Origin: Nanohaloarchaea archaeon B1-Br10_U2g21
Lineage (GTDB): Archaea > Nanohalarchaeota > Nanosalinia > Nanosalinales > Nanosalinaceae
DNA length: 42,825 bases
Assembly (NCBI GenBank): GCA_001563915.1
Contig: LKMP01000006.1
Location: 1-42,825, forward strand
Direction: 5' to 3'
Under the pieces are notes generated by a model. It had not been told where the DNA came from and searched no databases. It saw nothing but the letters and a program-made list of their open reading frames with translations. Shown here in pieces: positions 1 to 9,137 of this stretch; within the stretch, counting starts at the first letter, position 1; every line of letters begins with the position of its first letter. A program made the position numbers and the translations under genes.

Positions 1-2
1 AA

Positions 3-869
3 ACACTTGAACAAGGCCTCAACGCAGAAACAGTCATAGAAAACCCTGAAATAGAGCTTTACTGGGACACCATACCCGAAAACCCTGAAAATCCATTCAT
101 AATCGGCCTCGATATAGAAGATTTGGCGGATTTTGCATCAACTTACAACGGAGAACACCACTGGCAGCAAATCGCATCTACACAATTAAATCAAAATACA
201 CTAGCGCTGTTGAATCACGAAATAAATCAGATGGCAGAACGAGAATTGGAAAAAGAGAGACACAAATACTCTGACTTCACGACACGCACTGTAATGCACG
301 ACACTAAAAATATCCTGCAAACTTTAGAAGGCTACATAGAACTATACCAAGAAACAGGCGATGAAAAACACTTCCAAACTGTATTAAACGCTAGTAAAAA
401 CATTCAAACCCTATATGAAGAACTTGAAGCACTCCAAAAACTCTATGAAGAAGACCATAAAACCCATATCAACGCATATGACATACTACAAGAAATAAAC
501 AGCAAACTAGAATTCAGAGAAGACCAGAAAAGCAAAAGCATCCATCTACCTGAAAATAACACACACTACACCTTCCATTCAAGTCCATTAATAGAAAGAA
601 TGATGTACAACCTCTTAGACAACAGTCTAGAACATGGACAAACAGATCCCGAAATAGACATGTACAAAGAAAACGGCCATATAAACATAGACGTATACGA
701 TAACGGAGAAATACCACAATCTATATGGGATAACTGGGGCTCAGAACACAACGGTATCGAAGACTATCCAGGCACAGGAACATTCCTAATAGGAGAAATA
801 GCCCAAAGAAACAATATCCGGATAGAGCCTTTAGAAAATGGCTACCGAGTTAAAATACCGGAAACATAG
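3..869 (+). CDS. Sensor histidine kinase (HisKA + HATPase_c), 5'-truncated by window edge
   Basis: Frame is open from position 3. H-box-like VMHDTKNILQTLEGYIEL, N-box MYNLLDNSLEHG, G1-like VYDNGEIP, G2-like PGTGTFLIGEIA. Confidence 0.8.
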   Translation, partial: TLEQGLNAETVIENPEIELYWDTIPENPENPFIIGLDIEDLADFASTYNGEHHWQQIASTQLNQNTLALLNHEINQMAERELEKERHKYSDFTTRTVMHDTKNILQTLEGYIELYQETGDEKHFQTVLNASKNIQTLYEELEALQKLYEEDHKTHINAYDILQEINSKLEFREDQKSKSIHLPENNTHYTFHSSPLIERMMYNLLDNSLEHGQTDPEIDMYKENGHINIDVYDNGEIPQSIWDNWGSEHNGIEDYPGTGTFLIGEIAQRNNIRIEPLENGYRVKIPET

Positions 870-1081
870 CCCAAATTCTTAGAAATAAATCTTTCTCTAA
901 ATTTTTTCGAATACTGTTTAACATGACTAGTCTCCTCACGAACCCATAATACTCTAGTGAGCTCTCAGACATAATTCCTCCGCCTCATAGAATCCCTCCG
1001 AACACTCTAACTGTTTCTCTCAGCACCCCGGACTTAACTGATCAAGACCTATCATAACCAAACTGAATGAACAATAACACT

Positions 1082-1663
1082 TCAACCATCCAAACTACCA
1101 TAAATCCTATCCGAACCAAAAGAACCTCTGATAACATCAGAACTATACGCCATAAAAGTAGGAACACGAATACCCATAGCCTCTAAACCCAGATCAACAA
1201 CCTCAGTCTCATCATAACTACCAAAACCAATTTCAACACTTGAACCTCTAGGCGTTCTCCACTCATCCTCCTCCATCCTATCAAAGAACGGATGAGAAAC
1301 CTCCTCCATAAACTCTCCATACTCATTAGCAACCCTCAACCTCAACGGCTCAGGCCTCGGAAAACTATCATACTCCACCTGTCTAAAAGAGTCCCTCCCC
1401 ACATGAAGCTCAGCCTCATAACCATTATCTAAAAACATTTCATCCATTAAATAAAGCTCATCTGCAAAAGCATTAGACATCAAAATAGTCTGCCACTTAT
1501 CAATATCTGGCCCTGAAACAACACGAGAATCACCTATTTCAGAGTACAACTGATCCGACAAATCTCGTCTATTTGACACATACTCAACTTCATTTACCGA
1601 CATCTCAGATAGTTCTTCAATACCTATATCCCCAAAATTTTCAATGTCAAATTCTGCATCCAC
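1082..1663 (-). CDS. Hypothetical acidic protein
   Basis: 193-aa ORF with D/E-rich composition like neighbouring genes; no motif recognised. Confidence 0.65.
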   Translation of the reverse strand: MDAEFDIENFGDIGIEELSEMSVNEVEYVSNRRDLSDQLYSEIGDSRVVSGPDIDKWQTILMSNAFADELYLMDEMFLDNGYEAELHVGRDSFRQVEYDSFPRPEPLRLRVANEYGEFMEEVSHPFFDRMEEDEWRTPRGSSVEIGFGSYDETEVVDLGLEAMGIRVPTFMAYSSDVIRGSFGSDRIYGSLDG

Positions 1664-1717
1664 TCTTTTTTTTCCACCTCCTGCACGTACTCTTTAAAAC
1701 AAACTCAAAATGTTAAA

Positions 1718-2575
1718 TCAATAACTATTGGCCGGCCCCTTATGATTTCCAAAAGCAGCTACATCCAGCTCCAATACTCCATCAACAAAATCATAATCAT
1801 TCGAAACAACAATATTTGAGTCTCTATCCGTACCACTCAACCTAAACTTGTAACTATTATTACCAGCTTTTCTCTCAGGCGTAATAGGCATATTTGGATC
1901 CACCAATTGATCCGATATATTATAATCTTCCTCAAAATCTCTGTAAAACTCTGCAATATCATTTAACTGTTTAAACAAGTTTTCAGCAGCATCATTATCA
2001 GACTCATACTTAGGAACCCCTTTAACACTGTCAAAACCTTTCAACAGCACATCCCCTCCTAAGGCCTCAAAACTCCCCGAATTTATCACATCGCCATACA
2101 GATCCGCATAGTTGCCGCCGAACCCTACATCAACGTCATTAGAGCTGACAACTCTTGACTCTCTTTGAACTGCTTCAACAATCGCCATGTGATGATTAAA
2201 TGGCATAGCACTAACCTCACTAGTAGAAATATTACCGCTTTCATCGATCAAGCTCATTGAGCCACCGTCTCCTAAAGCTGCTAAAACATATGTTGTGGTA
2301 CCTTTAGAATCCTGTACATCGACTAATCCATTCTGAAAATCAATTCCTACTCTATCAACACCTACTGCTTCAGGTGCGCTCAGTCCATCAACAATTGTAT
2401 CCCATTCTGATCTAGTGGATTGATTTTCAACAATACCAGGATTTAGTGAAAGTGCTTCTCCGAAAATGGATTTTCCTTCTAACTTTACGTTAGGGTTGAT
2501 GTATGCGAAATCGTCTGAGTCTGAGGGACTCTCAACTTCTAGCCAGCGACCATCAACCATATATGTTACTATCAC
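1718..2575 (-). CDS. Hypothetical protein, possible C-terminal RelE/ParE-like domain
   Basis: 285-aa acidic ORF; C-terminus YKFRLSG...IVVS...LDVAAFGNHK loosely follows the RelE pattern. Confidence 0.6.
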   Translation of the reverse strand: MIVTYMVDGRWLEVESPSDSDDFAYINPNVKLEGKSIFGEALSLNPGIVENQSTRSEWDTIVDGLSAPEAVGVDRVGIDFQNGLVDVQDSKGTTTYVLAALGDGGSMSLIDESGNISTSEVSAMPFNHHMAIVEAVQRESRVVSSNDVDVGFGGNYADLYGDVINSGSFEALGGDVLLKGFDSVKGVPKYESDNDAAENLFKQLNDIAEFYRDFEEDYNISDQLVDPNMPITPERKAGNNSYKFRLSGTDRDSNIVVSNDYDFVDGVLELDVAAFGNHKGPANSY

Positions 2576-2738
2576 TTAGTAGCACTTATATAGTTTTCCT
2601 GTATAATATACACGATAGAACAACAAACAATGAGTCTTACCCTCATATAAAACCTTTCACAAGACTCAGCAAAAATTTTTCTCCCTCAAAACATGAAAAG
2701 CAGGAACAAGTTCTATCAGTTAATCATAATGCAGTTTT

Positions 2739-2788
2739 TTAGAAAAAAGAAAAAGAAGAAAATGTGTGGGGAAAATGTTTTCCCGCAC
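2739..2788 (-). terminator. Hairpin plus oligo-U terminator of the S-layer gene
   Basis: Inverted repeat GTGTGGGGAAAA..TTTTCCCGCAC (2764-2788) right after the stop codon, followed on the minus strand by a long T-rich tract. Confidence 0.75.
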
Positions 2789-2792
2789 TAGT

Positions 2793-5588
2793 TTACTCGA
2801 CTACTTGTCCAGTCTCTGTTGAGATTGTGACTTCGTCTCTGCCTTCTAGGTCAGCTTCATGGTCACGGTAGTTAGCTAGGAATTCTCCAGCAGCTCTTGT
2901 ATCTTCACCAGAGTGTCCGGCTACAATAAGTGCTTGCTGTCCATCGTTGAATCCATCAACTAACTGAACCATTCCTTCGCCTTCGGTGTAATCCTCAGCA
3001 GGCATGGTTCTGTTCTCTTCAACTAAGTCAGAAACCAAACTGTTTACGTTTGGTCCTCCAACTAGGACTAAGTGATCGTCACTTGTGATGTGCTCTGAAT
3101 CATCATCAGAGTCTAGGTTTCCAGCAGCCCAACTGTAAGTAGGCGTCTGTGAAGTGACTGATCCATCTGTAGCTCCTCCTTCAGCGGATAGAGCTCCATC
3201 TGTTCCTGTCATAGCCATTCCTGACGTGGATTGAACTGCAGGAACGTTCACTGTGATGTCTCCTTCGTCGTCAGTGTCGTGTGTGATGTAGGATCCGTAA
3301 ACTGTGTATCCTACTTCTACATCATCGTCACTGTCAAGTTCATGACCATAGAAGTCTTCAGAGTCTTCATCAGTGTAGTAGAAGTCTACTTCATTGATCT
3401 CTCCATTGTCGCCATCTTCAGCTTCAAAGACGAAAGCGTCTTCATCGCCGTCATCGTCTTCAGGCTGGACATAGATAGCTGCAGGGCCTTCTTGTCCTGT
3501 TTCTCCGTCTTGCTGAGTAACAACTAGATAATCATCGTCATCTCCATCTTCTACTCCGGTTCCATCTGCGTTACCTAAGCCATACTCAATTGATCCTGCC
3601 GTAAACGTATCATCGCCTTCTTCGTCATCTAGATTTACTGTCTCTGTCTCATCAATTCCGCTCGGAAGCTCTACATAATCTCCTTCTAAATCAGCTACAG
3701 CAACCGGCGCTGCGAATGCTGCTGCTCCGTCTGCTTCTGTGTAGAATGCGGAGAATACTTGCTGAGCGTAATCTTCTTCTGTTCCGAGCTCATCAGCTGC
3801 GTCATCTCTTACGAAGCTCACTGCTTCTTCTTCAGCTTCATCTTCGTTGTAGTAGACTTTGACATCAAATCTTAGACCTTCGATTCTCTCAGAATCGAGA
3901 GTATAAGATACGATATTGTCGCCGCCGATTTCACCTTCGTCTTCTACTTCTCCAATTCCGTCTTCTTCAATTGTAACTGTGTTGCCCGTGAATACATTTT
4001 CAAGCTCGAGCTCAAGCTCTCCATCATCATCGTCATCAACGATGTCTTCGTCTAGGTCTGCGAATAAGCTTGTGATTTCGTACATTGCTGCATCATCGTC
4101 CTGGTTCAGGACTACGAAATCGTCTTCGTCAAGTTGCTGTCCTTCGTAGGTTGCGATTGTTTCTTCTTCGCCACCTAGAGATACTGTATCGTCTCCGTCG
4201 CCTTCAGCGAAAGTGATTGTCTCTGTTTCTCCGTCATCGTTTGTTACTGTGAATTCTGCGTCATCTTCGCTTGCTTCTGCGTTTACGGTTTCTGCGTAGT
4301 CTTCTGCTGCGTCAGCGTTTAGGCCTCCGTAGTGGAATTCTAGTGCGCCGTTGAATACAGGTTCTACGTATGAGTCTTCTGCTTCTACGATGTTTTCATC
4401 GTTTTCTTGTGCTCCGAATCCGAATGTCATTCCGTCGATTGCTGCAAATTCTTGATCATCAGCATCGTCTAGGGATACATCGATTCCTCTGACTCGGTCT
4501 TCGTTGACTTCTACTCTTCCGTCTTGGATGGATAGTTCGTCAGTTCCGATTCCGAACTGTACTACGCCATCATTGTCTCCGAAGTCGTAGATGTTTCTTA
4601 CTCTGACATCGCTTCCTGATACTCTTACTGTGTCTCCTGATTCGACTGTTTCTAGTGATCCGTCTACTCTGACTGTTGCTTCGTCTGAGCCTGAAACGGA
4701 TACTACTTCAAATGTGTGTTCGTTTCCGTCTACTGTGATTGTTTCTTCTTCTCCTCTTTCGACATCAAAGTCTTCTGCGTCGCCGTATAGGATTAGTTCA
4801 GAGTCGTCTGAGTCGTCTGAGAATGTGTAAGTTTCTCCGAAGAGTGTGATTTCTTCTCCGTCTTCTACCCATTCGTCAGCTTCTTCGTTCAGGTCATCAT
4901 CGCTTCCTGCTGCGTGGAAGTCTAGTGTCTGTGAGAAGTCTACTGTGGCGGTGAAGAGATTGTTTTCTGAGCCTGCGTCTGCGTCAACGTCTCCTCTTGA
5001 TGGTACTTCGATGTATTTCGCTGGATCATCTAGATCTCCTTCATCTGAGTCGAAGGATTGTGGTCTTTCTCCCATTGCTACTTCGAAGTCTGTGCTAATT
5101 TCTTCTCCGTCTTCTGATGAGAATGTTGTTGATTCTAGAACGTCTAGGTCTCTGTCGTCTAGTGTTGATTCTCCATCATTTGTGTACTGGTTCAAGAATA
5201 GGTGGCTTCTTTCTCTGTTTAGTGTTACTCCGTTTTCTGCACTCCATTCTCCTACTCCGCCTTCTACGGATACTGTTTCTTCGGTTTCTGTGAATGCTGC
5301 GTTGCCGAGTGATCCGGCTACTTCGATTCCAGATACAACGTCAAGTGTTGATACTGGTTCTCCATCTTCTGCTGTCTCTCCGACAACAACTGATGAAGTT
5401 ACTTCTCCGTCTTCATCTACGAACGGATGAGGATAGTCTCCTAAGTCTCCACTGGACCCATTGTCCTGTGCTGCTGCGAAGGCTGCGCCTCCTGCAACTG
5501 TTGCACCGACCAATAGTGCGGAACCTAGAAGGGTTCTTGTGTTATTCTTAAGTTTTTTGATTATTTTCATGGTTGTGTTTGTCACCAT
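2793..5588 (-). CDS. S-layer protein (S_layer_N / S_layer_C, Methanococcus type)
   Basis: 931 aa, extremely acidic, signal peptide; N-terminal YPHPFV..VVVGETA..DVVSGIEVAGSL and C-terminal LVLVGGPNVNSLV..ALIVAGHSGEDTRAA motifs. Confidence 0.9.
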   Translation of the reverse strand: MVTNTTMKIIKKLKNNTRTLLGSALLVGATVAGGAAFAAAQDNGSSGDLGDYPHPFVDEDGEVTSSVVVGETAEDGEPVSTLDVVSGIEVAGSLGNAAFTETEETVSVEGGVGEWSAENGVTLNRERSHLFLNQYTNDGESTLDDRDLDVLESTTFSSEDGEEISTDFEVAMGERPQSFDSDEGDLDDPAKYIEVPSRGDVDADAGSENNLFTATVDFSQTLDFHAAGSDDDLNEEADEWVEDGEEITLFGETYTFSDDSDDSELILYGDAEDFDVERGEEETITVDGNEHTFEVVSVSGSDEATVRVDGSLETVESGDTVRVSGSDVRVRNIYDFGDNDGVVQFGIGTDELSIQDGRVEVNEDRVRGIDVSLDDADDQEFAAIDGMTFGFGAQENDENIVEAEDSYVEPVFNGALEFHYGGLNADAAEDYAETVNAEASEDDAEFTVTNDDGETETITFAEGDGDDTVSLGGEEETIATYEGQQLDEDDFVVLNQDDDAAMYEITSLFADLDEDIVDDDDDGELELELENVFTGNTVTIEEDGIGEVEDEGEIGGDNIVSYTLDSERIEGLRFDVKVYYNEDEAEEEAVSFVRDDAADELGTEEDYAQQVFSAFYTEADGAAAFAAPVAVADLEGDYVELPSGIDETETVNLDDEEGDDTFTAGSIEYGLGNADGTGVEDGDDDDYLVVTQQDGETGQEGPAAIYVQPEDDDGDEDAFVFEAEDGDNGEINEVDFYYTDEDSEDFYGHELDSDDDVEVGYTVYGSYITHDTDDEGDITVNVPAVQSTSGMAMTGTDGALSAEGGATDGSVTSQTPTYSWAAGNLDSDDDSEHITSDDHLVLVGGPNVNSLVSDLVEENRTMPAEDYTEGEGMVQLVDGFNDGQQALIVAGHSGEDTRAAGEFLANYRDHEADLEGRDEVTISTETGQVVE

Positions 5589-5800
5589 TGCTTTGCCTTC
5601 CCTGTTGTTTTGAGCGGGTTTTTCAGGCGAAATGTTTTCCGCTTTCCCATGTCTTTTCTTTGATTCCGAAGCCCTTGGGAATCTACGGCTCCGCGGGATC
5701 CCGTTTCCCGGAAAAAAACTTTTCCCTCTACTAGTATGGGAAGTTACTAAACGGGGTTTCCAAGATCCAGGTCTGAGTATACCTATGGCTCAGTCTCTGT
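5589..5800 (-). promoter_or_regulatory. Putative long structured 5' leader of the S-layer mRNA
   Basis: GC-richer non-coding stretch with several hairpins between the start codon and a TATA-like TTTAAAAA at 5822-5829 (minus strand). Confidence 0.55.
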
Positions 5801-5852
5801 TACCGTATAAGAACACCCACCTTTTTAAATGCTGTGATTTTTATTGCGTTCT

Positions 5853-5910
5853 AACCGTTCACGAACCGTTTTTAACCGTTCTCCAACGTTCAAATATTAA
5901 TTTAAACGTT
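5853..5910. repeat. Helically phased AAC(C)GTT direct repeats upstream of the S-layer TATA box
   Basis: AACCGTT at 5853, 5864, 5874 and AACGTT at 5885, 5905. Confidence 0.7.
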
Positions 5911-6175
5911 TAAGATTGTTTTTCAGCCAGAAACAGGCCCAAATAATCATTTTTTGACTTAGAAATATCTTCTGCACAGCCTTCACATAAAACGTATTTT
6001 GAGAGCTCTGTTTTGTTCATAGCGCCCCAAAAGTTTTTTGTTAAGTGAAAGAATAGTTAAGATTCTGTTTTAACTTGTTTTTAGGCCTTGAGTTTTGTTC
6101 GGTTTCTGTCTAACAGCTCTTACATGAGTTATTGAGGATTATATATTTTTGACAGTATATTTTGTCAACCTTTAG

Positions 6176-7918
6176 TTATTCTAGCATATACAAGTGATGT
6201 CCATCATCCCGAGAATTGAAGTATAACCGGCCTTCACCTACTGTAGGCGTGGATCGGGAGTTGTGGCCTACTGATTTTTCCCAGATGGTTTCTCCTGTGT
6301 ATGCGTCGAATGCGAATAGGTTAGAGTCTTCGTCATCGTGATTTTGTGTTGACTGATAAACTGTTCCTTCTGTTATGAGAGGTGCTCCGTAAGCATCTCT
6401 TGCGTCCAGTGTTCTACTCCATTCTTCTTCGCCGCTTTCTTTATCGAATGAATTGACGTTTACTTCATTGGGCGATGCAGTTGCGTTACGGGTGGCGGCA
6501 TATACTTTTCCGTCATATATTCCGGGGCCTGACCATGCTCTTTCTCCAGTGTCATGACTCCATTCTATTTCGCCTGTTTCTTTGTCTAGTTTCCAAAAAT
6601 TGGATTCGTAGTGTTCAGGTAATTCTGTATTGTCTTCGTCTATGTCGTGGCCGCTGTCAGAGGTGATGTATAGGCCGTTTTCGCCTACTGCAGGTCTTCC
6701 TACTACGCCTTTTTCTATTTCTGTATTCCATTCTAGTTCTCCGTTTTCTTTGTCAAGTGCGAATACGTTTCCTCTTCCTACAGCATATAGTTTTTCATCG
6801 TCTATTACTGGAGTAGGTCTTATTCCTGCGTCTCTATACGGCCATCTTGCGCCATCTTCTTCTTCAGGTTCTAATTCGTTTGCTACGTTTTCTCGCTGGC
6901 CTGTTGCTTCAAATTCTATTTCTGTGCTCCAGAGTTCGTTTCCTGTATCTAATTCTAAAGCTGTTATTGTGTCAGGCCAGTCTCCGACCCCTTCACGGTT
7001 TATTGGGCTAGGCTCTCCTTGCCATCCATCTGTGATGTATAATATTCCATCTTCATATGCGTTGTATTGTCCTTCTTCTTCCCATTCAAGATTTCCTGTT
7101 TCTCTGTCAAGAGCGAATAGTGTGTTATTCCATCTGTAACCTATTACGTAGTCATCAGTTATTTCGAGGTTATCATAGTTGCTTATTCCTGTTCCTTCTT
7201 CTCCCGTTCCTTCCATGTCATAGCTCCATTCTTCTTCGCCAGTCTCCGCATCATAGGCATTAACGTAAAATCCTGTATCGGCCGTTTCATTTCTGACAGA
7301 TTGGTACACAGTTCCATTGGAAAGCGAGGGGTTGCTCCTATAGTTTCCTCCATCTTCCACTCTCCATTCTATGTCCGGTTCTGAAGCAGGCCCCCATGTG
7401 TAAGGATGGTATCCTGTTCCCTGTGCGTTATACTGCCAAGTCCTCCATTCTCTAGGATCAAAATTTTCATCTAAGAAGTAGTTCCCTGTTATTGTTCCTG
7501 AAGTTTCCATTCCCTCCAGGTTTCCAGAATCAAAATTTATGGTTGCATCAATAGCGTTTGTTCCTGAATCTGTTTCGAATACTGGAAACCTTACTGTATC
7601 TGTATCCGCAACGCTTACACTTTTACCCGGAAACACGATTACTTCATTATCTCCATCACTGAGCTTTATCTCATTTATAGTTATAGAATCAGAATCCTGA
7701 TTTCTTACTACAGCCGACATACCTTCTGAAGTCATTCCTACCTCATCTATCGCAATACTCTGACCATCAAAACCTGTAACAGTCTCAATGCTTTGATCTC
7801 CAACCATCGCAAATATCGCTCCTCCAACAATTGCTACTACGAGAAGCATCCAACCATAAGTCATCAAATACTCAATCGCAGACTGCGCTTTCGAGGTGTT
7901 GTAGCACATATGAGCCAA
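6176..7918 (-). CDS. Class III signal peptide (pilin-like) protein with PQQ/BamB-type beta-propeller
   Basis: KAQ-SAIEYLMTYGWMLLVVAIVGG prepilin motif; repeated A(L/Y/F)DxETGExxW blades. Confidence 0.85.
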   Translation of the reverse strand: MAHMCYNTSKAQSAIEYLMTYGWMLLVVAIVGGAIFAMVGDQSIETVTGFDGQSIAIDEVGMTSEGMSAVVRNQDSDSITINEIKLSDGDNEVIVFPGKSVSVADTDTVRFPVFETDSGTNAIDATINFDSGNLEGMETSGTITGNYFLDENFDPREWRTWQYNAQGTGYHPYTWGPASEPDIEWRVEDGGNYRSNPSLSNGTVYQSVRNETADTGFYVNAYDAETGEEEWSYDMEGTGEEGTGISNYDNLEITDDYVIGYRWNNTLFALDRETGNLEWEEEGQYNAYEDGILYITDGWQGEPSPINREGVGDWPDTITALELDTGNELWSTEIEFEATGQRENVANELEPEEEDGARWPYRDAGIRPTPVIDDEKLYAVGRGNVFALDKENGELEWNTEIEKGVVGRPAVGENGLYITSDSGHDIDEDNTELPEHYESNFWKLDKETGEIEWSHDTGERAWSGPGIYDGKVYAATRNATASPNEVNVNSFDKESGEEEWSRTLDARDAYGAPLITEGTVYQSTQNHDDEDSNLFAFDAYTGETIWEKSVGHNSRSTPTVGEGRLYFNSRDDGHHLYMLE

Positions 7919-8007
7919 TAGGATTTTATAATTGAAATAGCTTAGTGGGGCGAAGATAAACTTTAGAACTAGAGCTACGCTTTTTTTTGAACTTAGATAA
8001 TGCCTAT

Positions 8008-9075
8008 TTATCTTGCTGTATATTCTTCTATTTCTGATTCTGACATCACATCATCCATCCAGATTATATCGCCTAATGAACCATCAAAGGTTTCATAGGT
8101 GCTGCTATCAAACCCTCCTATTCTTGCAGTACCCGAGTACGATAGTTCCTCCTCCCAGTCTTCTGAAGCTATTTGTTCTCCTTCTCTGTAGACTGTATAA
8201 GAGCCATCATTAATCGTTACGGCCCAGTCTTCCCATTTCCCTTCTTCAGGACCTATATCTGTAGAAAACGTGTTTTCTCCCCAGTGTCTAAATGCGATGT
8301 TGTCTGAATCTCTCCAGAGTATTACATTCCATGATCCAGATTCTCCTGACCCTGTTACTACATCTCTATCATTGTGGTTGCCTCCCCATTTTATTGAGAA
8401 CAGTATAGTCGCTGAGTCGCCTAAATCCAAGCTTTCGTCTTCTTCAGTAACAATATTTACTTTGCCGTCTTCTTCAGTATTGAAGGTTATGTGTTCTCCT
8501 CTTGAGGTAGATGACCAGTAAGCTTGATCCATTTCCCCATGATTGCTGTTTTCTGATAGATCAAAGATATGTGAGTTATTAGCATAATTGCTATTCAAAG
8601 ACCAATACGCTGCCAGCGCATCATTGCTTATAATAGAGTCTTCTAAATCAAAATTACCGGTAACAGTACCTGAAGATGTAACTCCTTCTAAATTTCCAGA
8701 GTCATAAGTAAACTCTATATCCAACTCGTTTGAGCTATCTGATTGAGATATGGGAAGCATAAGTACCTCTTCATCTCCTGCTGATACTTCAGTATTTGCA
8801 GGCAGAACAACTTCTTCTCCTTGTTGCTCAATTTTTATCTCTTTTACTTCAACTCCTGTTGAAGTCTGTGCACGTAAAACCGTTGATAATCCCTCAGAAG
8901 AGATTCCGAAATCTGTAATCGCTAAGTTCTGGCCGTGAAAACCTGATACACTTTCAACATCATGACCGCCTGTAAGCGAAAATATTGCTCCTCCGGCTAT
9001 AGCCACAACTAAAAGCATCCAACCATACGTCATCAAATACTCAATCGCAGACTGACCTTTGAGGCGACATATCAT
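8008..9075 (-). CDS. Class III signal peptide (pilin-like) protein with LamG/concanavalin A-like domain
   Basis: KGQ-SAIEYLMTYGWMLLVVAIAGG; LAAYWSLN..DLSENSNHG, WEDWAVT..VYREGEQI, IGG..FDGSLGDIIWMDDVMSESEI LamG pattern. Confidence 0.85.
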   Translation of the reverse strand: MICRLKGQSAIEYLMTYGWMLLVVAIAGGAIFSLTGGHDVESVSGFHGQNLAITDFGISSEGLSTVLRAQTSTGVEVKEIKIEQQGEEVVLPANTEVSAGDEEVLMLPISQSDSSNELDIEFTYDSGNLEGVTSSGTVTGNFDLEDSIISNDALAAYWSLNSNYANNSHIFDLSENSNHGEMDQAYWSSTSRGEHITFNTEEDGKVNIVTEEDESLDLGDSATILFSIKWGGNHNDRDVVTGSGESGSWNVILWRDSDNIAFRHWGENTFSTDIGPEEGKWEDWAVTINDGSYTVYREGEQIASEDWEEELSYSGTARIGGFDSSTYETFDGSLGDIIWMDDVMSESEIEEYTAR

Positions 9076-9137
9076 AATGAGGATTTGAAGATTCCAAATT
9101 TATAGTTAAAGGAGAAGGAGAAGTTGCTAGAGAGTTT

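Noticed and set aside
3231-5551. Several + strand Ser-rich ORFs inside the S-layer gene (similar ones occur in other acidic genes)
   Set aside because: Antisense shadows of GAA/GAC/GAT-rich codons; no independent coding signal.
5589-5800. Leader considered as SRP RNA or RNase P RNA
   Set aside because: Could not find the SRP helix 8 motif or the RNase P GAGGAAAGUCC P4 motif.
5632-5913. 93-aa + strand ORF over the S-layer leader
   Set aside because: Composition unlike the acidic proteome; overlaps the promoter and hairpins.
5900-6175. AT-rich intergenic stretch as a replication origin
   Set aside because: No ORB-like repeats with G-strings and no adjacent orc1/cdc6 gene.
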